This document shows, one piece after another, positions 1-12,000 of a DNA stretch of 64,000 bases. This stretch comes from an uncultured bacterium (GTDB taxonomy: Bacteria; Omnitrophota; Omnitrophia; Omnitrophales; Aquincolibacteriaceae): assembly GCA_964482725.1 (NCBI GenBank), contig CAYZYT010000005.1, positions 88,133-152,132 on the forward strand. The letters are read 5' to 3'. A model generated the notes under the pieces. It made no database searches and was not told the DNA's origin. It worked only from the letters and a program-made list of their open reading frames with translations. The position numbers were made by a program, and so were the translations under genes. The number at the start of each line of letters is the position of its first letter. Position 1 is the first letter of the stretch.

Positions 1-3000
1 TTGGCGGCGCTGTACTGGAAGGCAATGCTCAGCTTGGTGCGAGACCCGGTCACGGTCACCACTTCCACGAACTGGTTCAACAACGCCGAAGCGGTAAGCA
101 GTTTCTTCGAATCGACTCCGTCCTCGACAACCGCCTGCAGGACGTCATGATTCGTTTTGAACGAATCCGCCGCGATACCAAGCCGACTCATTTCATTCTC
201 AACAAGCCGTTGCAGCAGGCTTGCAACATCGTCGCCAAAAGACAACTCGAACCGGTCTTCTTTGACAAGTTTGCCGAGCTCCGCTTCCACAACCGCCTGA
301 TCGCTCTTCTTCGCGACCACAATAAATTTGCTTCCCGCGGGGCTCAATTTCAGACGCTCAGCGATGTGCGGGGCATCAAAACCGTCGGCCGGGTTGTACT
401 CGATAATATGACTTCCATAGCCCTTGAAGGACGGCAGAACGTTTGTCTTGATCCCGAGGATATCCATGATCGACAGGATCAGTCTCGACTCGATTGCGTT
501 AATCCTCGGATTAACGATCGACGGGAGAATTTCAGTTTCAAATCTTGTCGCCTCAACAGATTTCGCCGCCGCGACCGCCGCAGTCTTGATTTCCGAACGC
601 TTCGCCGTGCCAGTGAGCTCCGGAAATTCCGCTTTCGTACCCTCGGCCACATTCATCTTGGGCTGCGCTTGTTCCCCGAGCTCGGTCTTTAACCGGTCAT
701 AACTCATCACAGGCTGCTCGGTGTAAGGCTTGTCGATATGATGAGGGATCTGGTCCTTGACCGCCCGGAGATCGATCCCCATCGCTTCTGATCCTTGCAT
801 CAAGGCTTCCTCCAGGGAAATGACCTCTCCCGTCCCGACATGGATGATCAGATTCTTCTTGAACGACTGGGTCAGGAGCCGCGCCAGCACCATCGTCAAA
901 GCGCCGACAGGCCCCGCGAGCTCAAGAGCGGCCATAAATTCTCTCATGACCTGGGTTGTATGAAGCGCCATGAGCTTCACCTTGCCCTGGATCAATTTCG
1001 TCAGATCATCCAGATTATTCTGGAGCACATTATTGGGATGCATCCCTTTGCCGAAGACATTCACAAAACGGAACACGATCCCCTTGCCTTGAGAAAGGCC
1101 CAGCACATCTTTTTCAGGAAGAAGCTTGGAGATCGCATAGTTGCCAAAAACAAGGGCCAGCGGATATTTGACTTCCAGGTCCTTGAGCGCTTTATCGAGC
1201 TCCGGTTGATCCTTCAGATTGTATTCCTTGACCTTCGCCGCCCAATAAGGCGTCAAACCGTCGCCAACGATCTGGAACAGATTTTCCTGGATCGCGGGAT
1301 TGTCCAGCCTCGCGACCCGGGTCTGTTCGAGAAGTTCCTTCGTGAACTGCTCGGGAGCCATGGTGGCCCGGCCGCTCACATACTCTGCGACATAAGCATC
1401 AAACTTTCCGGTAAGATCATCCATGAATTTCTGGGTCGTGACATCGAACGGGATCGGCGTTTCCTCCGTCACGGGCTCTTTCATCGGTTCCTTGAAGAGC
1501 GGGTTCAGGGCGAAGATGGCCTGGCTGGAGCTGTAGGCCATCGGGACGCCGAGCTCCTTGGCAATCCGCGCGATCAGCTTGGTATAGAACACATTCACAA
1601 CATAGGTCCGGACGATGAACTCGGAGGGTGATTCTTTTTCGACAGAACCTTTCGTCACAGCTTCGCGGCGCGTGCTGGTCTGCGCCGCAAGATGATAGAT
1701 CGCTGTCGCCTTGCCCATGAGCTGTTTCATAGCTTGATAAGCAGTACCGGTCTGATCCATCTTCCGCGGGTCCATGCGGTCGCCCATATCCACGAGCACT
1801 ACACGTTCCGCAAGCCCTGCAGCCTTCAGATCTTCATAAACACGCCGCAGGTTCGCGATATGGGTCTCCGGTCCCTGGGAGCGCAACGGGATCGCAACGC
1901 GCTGTCCTTCAGCACGCACCAAAGTATCGAGCCAATGAGAACCGATCATGCCGGTGCCGCCGAGGACAATAGGGCCTTTAAAGTCAGACTTCACAAAATC
2001 TTCAAGACTCACGGTCGGGAGATCCTGATCTCTCAATTCAGCGCGGCTTACGGCCGAAAAATCTTTTACTTTTGCCTGGGTGAGCACCGCCTTAACGCCG
2101 CGAGATAGCTCATCAACCGTTTGGCTGTTCAAATTTTCGCTTGAAAACGCCTTCGCCTCGACCTCAGTCACAATATCCGAATCCGCCAGAGGCATCAGCT
2201 GCGCAAGGGTCATACCTTCATAAAGAATGACCGATTCGGCCCAGGACTGACCATTTCCCACCTTTTGCCATATTTGAGTACCCGTCGGAATTTGGATCAG
2301 GACGGATTGGACACTTGCCTGTTTTGGGATGAACAGCTGCAACAAAAAGTGGCCGCTCCACGCATCAAACCTCTGACCCGGAACGCGGACACTCACGGCG
2401 GCAGCACCCTTGGGAACCATCGCCTGGCCTGAAACATTTTGAACAAAACCGTCAACGATGCTCCCCTCTTCCAGCACGGTCGCTCCGTCCACGATCGCAT
2501 TGGCCTCGATCTTTACATTCTGTGCGATCCTCACCTTAGGACCGATGATCCGGCCGGGAAAACGTTTCCTGATGTCTTCGGAAACCTTGTCGGCATACCA
2601 CAGATCCCCCTCTTTCCCTTCAAGATCCGGCACGATCCCGATCCCAAGACGGCGGCGCATGTTTTCATTCTTATAAAGCTCCTGGGTGATCTCCCAGGTT
2701 TGTTCCGGTGTGTTCGCGTGCAAATAGATCGCATCAGCCCCTAGGTTCACAAAACTCATTCCGAAGGCCTTGTTTGCATCGTCCGCCATCGCTTTGACCG
2801 CATCTAAAAGTCCTGGAATATCGCCAAGATCAGGGTGTGTCATGTCCCCGCTGGTGCGTCGCTTACGATATTCTTCCGGATATTGTTTGCCGAATGTGGC
2901 CGCTTCAAACAAAGCTTCCACAAAATTAAGCGCCGGATGACCCGGGAATGCGGCATCGATCTCTTCTCCCCTTTCGAGAAGCCAGAGATAGGCCGGCCAT

Positions 3001-6000
3001 GAAAAATGATAATTTCCGTGGCTGATCATCGGAGAATTTTTCCCGAACGCTCCGCTTTCATGTTTTATTTGCAGCAGAAGATCTTTCGATGGTTTCTCGA
3101 TCCCCATGAGGATGCGCCCGTTCGAAGCCCCTGAGCTCGGTATGGCAAAAACACCTAGTTCATATAGACGGGGATCCGCCCAAGTTGTTTCCTGTCCGTA
3201 AACCACCATGCCATTCTCTCCAGCCCGCACCAAGCTTCCAGCCTCATCAAAAACAGGATCAACAACCGGCGGTAACTGGGTCGGTAATGCTCCCGCGATC
3301 GCCGCATCGATCGAAACAATATCCAATCCCTCCGTAACATCAGGATCTGTGAAGATGCCTCGCTGAGCAAGACTCTGTTCAACTCCAAGCCATCCGCCTG
3401 CATTCGGCGTTAAGCCCTTGTTTTTATAACGCTCCATGGAAAACAACTGCAGTCTCGTGCTCTCTCCGCTCATAAGGAGACCTAGAGTCCGTATATTCCT
3501 CAAGGCCGCCGCAGAAAGCGTTGACACATGAAGAGCAGCCTTCAACGCGGGCGCGATATCCATAAGCCTTCCCATGCTACCCCGTCCCTTGCCGCCCGCA
3601 ACGACTGTGGGGCGTCTGTCAGGATGGAACAACCGTCCCGTATTCCGGTCCAACACACGGCCTACCGCCGGCACCGTGATCGGTGTCGTCACGATGATTT
3701 TCTGATCATAATCTTTTTCTGGCGTACTCACCGCTTTGGCGAGCCATTTTTCATCAAATTCAATTCGACCTGCCACATACGGATTTCTGCTCTCGGAACG
3801 AGCGCCCAGAACCTGGTTGAGATAGAGAAGCGTCTGATCTTTTGCGAGGAAAGCTTTCCGGGATGCGGACAAAAGATTTTCCACAGTAAAAGCGTCGTAC
3901 GCCTCTCGCGTCTCGGAGACGAAGAAGTCTTTCACCGCTTCGGAGCCGATTTTTACGCCCGGAAATTCCGAAGTCAGCTCATTCGAACGGTCTCTCATCC
4001 AAAGATAAGCTTTTCCTTTGATCCATTGAAGATTCAAAGAAAAACGAGGATCCGTCTGAAGAAAATCGATGACCGGGAACAATTTCAAAGCAACATTTCC
4101 GGATTCCGCCGCCGACCAGCGGGTGACGAACGCGGAATACTCCTTGATCCCATCGACCGCGACCCCTTTTTCTTCAAGTTCTGCAAGGGGCTCGGATTCA
4201 TTCGCAAGATGCTCGGATTGTTCACGCACTTTAAAAAATTCAGGATTTTTTGCGGTCAATTTAAAATGAATGTGGTTCTGGGAAGCGCCCGCATAAAGTC
4301 CGTTATAATCCAGCGTCGCATTGTCGAGCTTGGTCGAAAGAGCCGCCACATCCTGCAAATCTTCCGCGGTGATCGCTTGTCCTCTGCGATTGGCCAGGAC
4401 ACTGACGTCCGGCACGAGAAGGAACGAGCCCCGCGCTTCGATGGGACTGATGTTGTAATAGACCTTCCAGAGCCGTCCGTTCACTTCCACTTCGGCGAGA
4501 GCCTTCCGGTTAAAAAGATTCAAGGACTCCAATTTCTCGGTCCGGCTGCAGAACGAGCAAGTCGCTTCACTGTGCAATCCAAACTCTTTGGGTTTGGCCG
4601 TGAATCCAGGACGGAATTTCCGGTATCCGAGGTAACGGACTGTAAGATTTTGGATCTTCTTTTCATCCATGATGCCAGCCATGTCCTGTCCGGTTTTAAG
4701 ATCTTTCGCAAAATACTGCACATACCCTTTCCCGTCACGTTCCACAAAACGCAGACCATACTCGATTTGATCGCCGGTCTCCTCATCCATGCCAACGTTT
4801 TGCAGCACACCGTCGCGGACGGCTTGTATCCATGCCTCTGTCAGGTCCGTGGTACCGATCTTCACAGGATTCGCCCGCATTTCGTCAACCGAGATCATAG
4901 AAACGTCCCGCACTTCGGCGCGCACCGCGACAGGGCGTTCCGTGACAAATGCGAGACCGGCCGTTCCCACGGCATAAGGATTCCAGCTGGACTCCGCATC
5001 CACGAATTTCCCGTCCACGCGCTTGAAGGCGTCTTTACTGTTCGCGAGGAGGAATACCGATTTGATCGGATCGCCGGATTCACGCATCTTCCGGGCGATG
5101 ACTTCCTGGACTTCCTCGAAGCTGTAGCCTTTTCCGTCCAGCGCATATTTCTTGCCGGTCAGGACGACCGACACGATCTTGCCGCTCTGCGTGATTCCAA
5201 TCAGATTATGCGGGTACTTCGCAGGGGTCATCTTGACGTGAAGAATATTGTCTTGGATAAAATATTCCCCCGGCTTCATGTTGTATCCGGCGGTAGGCTC
5301 CACCGCACGGTACTGCCAGAGCCAATTCCCGAGAGCTCCCCTGACGATCGCTTGAGTCACCTGTTCCGGGGTCGCATTTTCGGCGATGTATTTCGCGAAC
5401 CGAGGATCCTTTTGTCTTTCCGCTGCCGAGAAATAAGGCTTGAGATCGATCTCGATATAACCATTCCGTCCCGCCACTTGCGTGATTTCCTTTGTCACTT
5501 GGTCACGGCCGAGCGCAGGCCCGTAAACCGGCGTTCCGTCCGCCTTGGGCGTCTCATCAAAGAACTGCGGGATGTTGTAAACCTGGAAGACGTCGGTCGT
5601 CTGCGCCATGATCTTATCCAAAGAAACCGTTTGGCCGTTTTCGATGAGGCGCTGCCCAAAGATCGCGAACTGGATCTCGTTGCTCAAATCATACTGCCGG
5701 AGAACATCGCTCGCGCGGTAAACGCGGGCTGTGGATTTTCCGGCATCGCGGACGAACTGGAGATCTTCCGAAGTCGCTTTTCCGGATTTCCAGTAAACGA
5801 ACATGCTGTAAGTCCGGGCCGCCACCGGTTCATCGGAAGGCGCGAGCAGCCGGCGCGACTTTCCGTCAAACGCCACGAACCAACCGTTATGGAAGAGATT
5901 GTGATAGGAATAGAAAGCCATCGTCTGCTTCGCAAGATCCAGCTCAGACAGGAGAGGGTTCTCGATAGACTCCCAAGGAATATTGGCCGCAAGCGACGTC

Positions 6001-9000
6001 GCGTACGGCTTGTCGCTCTGGTTCGCGTCCGCCAGGAAATGCAACTGGGTCGTCGCGGGATCATACACGTCAAACACCTGCGGGTACGTCTCAGGCGCAG
6101 CCGCCGCTTTCCGCGATTCGGAGCGCTGGGCATTGATCGTGGCCATTTCTTCGGCGGTCATGGGAACGACTTTGCCGAAGCTCGAAAGAAGCTTCCCGTC
6201 GATCATCGCCGGGCTGAGGTTGAAAATTTTCTCCCAGGCCGGCTGCTGGTCCTCAACCGCCTTAAGGTCCTTCGTCGGAGTGAAAATATTATCGGCGCCG
6301 TCCCGGACCCCGGCCACAAAGGCCTTCTTCCCGGGGATCAATCGGAACAACGGATTCTGCTGCATCTGTTCCGGATACGCCGCCACGACCTCTTTGCCGG
6401 TCACCGGGTCGCTCACTTTCTTTCCGGTCGTCGTGTAGGTCGGCAGTTCTTTCCACAACCCGCGAACGCGGTCCGCCAGATCCTTATCGGAAAGCGCCTC
6501 ATAATTCCGGAGCGCCTTGGCCGCCGTCTCGCGCCAATCCGCCTGCAAAAGGTCTTCAGGCGTCAGCACGCCGATCAGCGTCAGCAGCGCAGGGAGATAA
6601 ACATAATAATTGGCGGGATTGAAAGAATCATTCGCCGCCGCATCCTCAATGTAACTTTCCGCCTTAGTCCCCTTCGGCGCGTTCGGAGGAAGATCCTTCA
6701 AATGCTCCGCATCTTCGCGGAGATCGATATCCTGGGTCATCTTCCCGGTTTTTTCATCCCGGTAGTCTGCAATCACAGGGATCCCGCCCGCGTCATTCGG
6801 CTCTTTGGCGGAGATCTCTCCGATCACGCTCACGGGTCTTCCCGCCTTGATGGATTCCCACATCATCCCCAGGATCCTGACATTCGGACGCTGAGCCACA
6901 TTATCAATATTACCGATCGTCGCGATCACCTTGCCTTGCCGCAACGCATCCGCCAACACCGCGCGGTTCAGCAGGATCTGCTGGACATTGCTGCCATGGC
7001 CGACCCCTGACACCAGTGAAACCTCGCCGTTCGAGAACACCAGGGGCTTCATCGTCGCCTGATCCAGACGGTGCGACACTTCCTGGCGAATCAGCTTGTA
7101 ATGGCCTGCCCCGGCATCCGGCTGCTGCTCCAACAACCCGCGAATGATCGGGTCCGAAAGAAAACTGCTCGTAACCCAGATCGGCATCTGCTCGTTCAAA
7201 CCGTGCATCAGCGCCAGCTTGGCCTGCAGGAAGCTCAGATAGATCGGCGCGCTGCCATCGTTGGGCACGATCTTGAGCATCTTGTAGCCGGCCTTCGGCG
7301 TTCCGCCAAACCGCGAGGCAGCTCCGGCCGCAGCAATGATCGAAACCAGATGGTTCATGGCCTCTTCTCCGGCCGTTGCAAAGCCGCTGAGAGCTTCCGA
7401 AGGAATGACCCGGCGACCCTTATAATCCTGCCCGGGCATATCCTCGCCGGAATAGATCTCCTCAACCGATCCGATGACTGCCTTGTTAGCTTTGCGCGGC
7501 GACGGCAGGACTGTCAACTTCACCGCTTTGCCTCTCCCGGAAAGCGGTGGTTGATTGTAATAGAGATTTTTTTCCTTCGAATAGGTCCCGGCCGCAAGCC
7601 CTTTCAGGAACTCGGCTTCACGGTCATCGTCGAAACCGAACTGCGTCATGATGAGGATCCCGCGGAGCTGATTGATCAGCTTGATCTCGCCTTCGGTCAA
7701 TCCCTTCGTCTCGCCCACCAGATCCAGCACTTCCATCGCCAGGGTATATTCAACGGCATCCGGCTCAAGCGTAAGATTACCGACTCTCGGACCGGTCTGA
7801 GTCCCGGCGATCGAGATCGCACGGAGCAGCTCATTCAGTTCCGCCTTCGGTAATTCCTGACCTTTAAGGCCGGCCTTCATTGATTCCAGAAGCTTGACAG
7901 CCTTCGCGACTTCAGCCGCCGGGACCGCAGGCGCCACAAGGTCCGGTTGGAGCGAGAAATTCGCGGCGGTCAGTTCCACCGACGGATTGCCGGCGAAGGT
8001 GACAGTTTGGCCGGCATAGAATTGCTCGAGCGCCACATTGCCAAGCCGGGTCAAAGGATCGGCCGCCACGGCATCCAGATCGATCTCTTCGAGGTTTTTC
8101 ACGACCTCTGCATCCAGCTTCGGCTTCAGGGCCTCCATAAGATTGTAGGCGCTGGCCCGGACATACTCCGCAGACTCCCACGTTTCAGCAGCATAGAACC
8201 CCTTGGTCATCGTCCCCTTATCAAGGTGGGAATCGTAATACGGCTCCTTAGTTTCAAGAATCCTGACGAGTTTTGAAAGCGAGGTGATAAGGCTATCGAT
8301 CTCGATCTGGATCGGGTACGGGATGTATTTGTTACCACCGGAGGTCATGGGGAACTGCGTCTTAAGCTCTTGAACTATGGCAACAGCCGCTTTTGCCGAG
8401 GCAATGGCCGCATTTACATTTTCTTTATTGCTTGAGCCTGCAATATTAATGACAGCCTGTTTATACAGTGCGTCCAGCTTCGGTTTCATATCGGAGCGGA
8501 CGTAATAAGTTCTGTTCCCGATCTTCACATAGGTGCGGGTCCCGGCAACGACTTTATGGACGCGAAGTGCCTGGCCGGCCGCATTGGTAAAAGTAAGCGT
8601 GTCTTCATCCCCGGCGGCTTTCTCGACCTTCCCTTCAACCGTCGTCCGGACATTCACGAAACCGAGGGAACTTCGGACGATCAAGCTCGCCTTCGCAAGA
8701 AGATCCTCCACCGAATTCCACTCCAGGCTCGCGGCCTTAAGCGCCTCGACCACTTCGCCATCGGGAAGATATTTCTTCTCCGGCATCACCGTCACGATCC
8801 CCGCCGCTTCCAGCACATGGACCGTGTGATTCGCTCCGAGGATCGCTCCGACCGCCGCGATCGGCGTGTTGGGCTTGCCCATGAAAACAACGACCCGTCC
8901 GGCCGAGATCATCGTCCAGTGAGGGATCTGATCGGCCTGAAGGACCTGAATGAGCTTCATCGCGCTTTCGGCGATCTGCTTTCCATTCACACCGGTAAAC

Positions 9001-12000
9001 ATAACATGGGAGACCGGCCAGTCCTTCACGTGAGAAAGGGTCACAGCACCGTTCATCCCGATCTCATCCGCGCTGCGCTCGAGCCTCTCGAACGGCAATT
9101 TCTCCGTCGTCACATGCATGTGCAGCTGCTCGGCGGTGTACCACTCCGTATTCTGAAGGAACTTCATCCGGCGGTTCTCCGCCGCGATCGCAAGCGCCGT
9201 CTCCAGATCGCCCTGCGTAAGGATATTCGGGCGGATCGTCTCATCATCCGAGATCAGAAGCGTATGGAAAGGAACGGTCAGGTCCTGGGGCGCGACCATG
9301 AAATATTTCCGGCCGAACGCCTGCGGGATCCGGAACAGAATGCCGCGCGCATCAAAATCCTTCTGGAACTTTCTGAAATAAAATCTGTTGAGATCCGTCG
9401 GCCGGTTGGGTTTCAATTTGTTGGTATTGGGCTTGCCCTGGGAAGTCTTGTCGATCGCGAGCTCAACTTTCCCCTTCGGCTCCCGTTTCGGGATCAATGA
9501 TTCCTTCGACTTGACATACGGGTTCGCTTTCCACGCCGTTTCAAAGGCCGCTTCAAAACCATCCAGCGAAACCTCTTTCGCGGCGTTATCCAGCACCGTC
9601 ACTAATTGCGGAAGAGCGCTAAGATAATCGATGGCGGACTGCACTTCAGGACTCCTAGGAACCGGCACGGACCACGGATCTGGCGTACCGTCTTTGGCTT
9701 TATGGTTGGGCCAGGCCTCCAATTTATCCGCTTCGCCCAGCCAGATATTAAACCACGCGACGGCGTCCTCGTCAGAAAGGGCTGCGATGTCCGCGATCTC
9801 CGGGATATAAGAGGCATAGCCAACGACTTCGATCTCGGTCCCCGTGTACGCAGCACCAGCGTCTTTTTTAAGATCGGTCACTGCAACAGCCGCGCCCTTG
9901 GCTTCAAGCCCAGGCATCGTTACCACAAGAATCCTCAACTTTTGCCCCGTGGGCAGTTTCGGCAATCGCGGCAGCAACAATTTCCCGGAATTCCGGATAT
10001 TCTGTCCGCTCGTCGTTGATTGGTCTTCCATGATATCCACTTGAACCCGGTCGAGTCCCGACTCCATCACATTCTTGAAATACTGAGCTTCCGTCATGCG
10101 CCCCCCCTTACCATCGGGCTCATTGAGGGCAAGAAGCACCTTCTCGGGCGGCCCATACTTGCCGCTGGTTACGATCAGCATCCCCGGATTTTTTTCTTTT
10201 ACGATCTTGGCGATCCGGCGCGCCTCAACAGGCACTCTTTTATCCGCGGACCCCATGACGATCATCGCGTGAAAGTCCATCTCCGAAAGTTCCGAATCAC
10301 TGGCGACCGGCGTCCATGTGCCCGTCGTCGCGCTGTACGCCGCCCGCAATGCAAGCCCCTTCACAAGAGCCAAACCTTTCTCATTCGCGGCCGCCCGCTC
10401 CGCCGGCGTAAAAGTCCGAACCTCGGACCGAGCAACATTTACTGCAAATGATCCCTGCCAACTTTTGTTTTCCGAGCCAGTGAATTTAATCTCAGCGCCC
10501 GAGCCATCCAGATTTGATCCGTCTTCTTGCGTGGACTCTTTCCATCCAATTTGAATCTCATTCCCTTCGGGGACAAACGTGAGAGTCGGTTTACGGTCTT
10601 CCGCAAGCAGTTGTTCGATCTGAAGAAGTTTTGAATCCGGAATATTAAGCCACGCTACACGGTAATAAGGACCGTCCGAGAGGAAAGTACCCGCGCCATT
10701 TAGCGACGTCGGCAATCCGGCAATTTGCTTATCCGCAAATTTCACAACTTCCGCTTCAATAAAGCGAGCGGCATTTGGAAAACGGGTGAGTTTCCCTCCA
10801 AAAGTCCTCAGCCAAGCCATTCCATGCTTGATCCCCCAGCTTACACCGTAGATCGATGCAATAATTCCAATATCCATCGCCATATTAGAGAAAAATTCGA
10901 GAGGACTCCGCTCCCAAACAACACGCATTTGGTGGAACATTTGAGTGAACCCATTCTCATTTGCAAGGCCAAGCAGCGGAAGCGGAACGAATGACCGGAA
11001 CCCAAGAATATTCCAGCTAGGCCGCGGTTCCTGATCGTTATCCTCCGAACTTGTACTCTGCTCGGCTTGACGTTCTCTCTCAAGCCGCTCCGATTCTTCA
11101 CGCTCGGCGAGCTCTTTTGCTTCACGCGTAAGCATTTCTTTATATGCACTCACCGCATCTGCGGATCGCGGGTCTCCGATCTTCTCTAGTGCTGTAACGA
11201 CAGAATCGCTGACGAAACGATCCTTCAAAGCCGCCATCAAGGAAGGCACAGCATCGGTATCCCGCAGATCGCCAAGTGCATCAGCCGCTGCGCGACGAAC
11301 ATCGGGATACTTACTATTGAGCTGTTTCCCAAGATCCGAAAAAGCATTGAGCCCACGAAGCGCATGAATCGCAGAATCGCGAACATGTTCAAATTCATCC
11401 GACAACATCCCAACAAAAACCAGGGTCATCGACTTCTCTTTCATGTTTCCCAACACCTGCACAGCGAGAGCGCGAACATAAAAATCCTTGTCATTAAGAG
11501 TCTTGAGCAAAGCCGGCGCGGCGGGACTTCCGATCATTTGCAAATGCTTTGCCGCATCCGATTGAAACTTCGCTTGATGTAAACGCCACAAATACCAGCT
11601 GATCGGACTCGAAATACGCCAGACCGAAAAAACGATTAAACGAACGACAAGAAACGCTAAGATAAAAACAAAGATGCCTGTCACCCCGATGGTAAGCGTG
11701 GTCAATATCGGATGTGCAAGAAATTGATATCTGACCCAGTCCATCCCCCTCAAATCAAATTTACTCAAAGCTTCAAAAGCTTTATGTCTAACGTCTGGCC
11801 ATTGGTAGTCTGCTGCGACGGCCTGAAAGAGACCTGGGATAGCACGAGGATCTTTTAGCTCACCCAGAGCTTCAGCTGCATCATAAGAGACATCCAGATC
11901 ATTCGAATTATTCAAGGCGTCAATTAGTGCCGACACGACTCGCGGATCCTTCAATTGACCTAAGTCACCTAATGCTTCGAATGCAGCGAGACGCAAATTA

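Noticed and set aside
3528-7010. 1160-aa + strand ORF and the other long + ORFs in 1-36416 (e.g. 21738-23120, 34986-36416)
   Set aside because: They are codon-aligned antisense shadows of the giant minus-strand ORF, with Arg/His/Leu-rich unnatural composition and no motifs.
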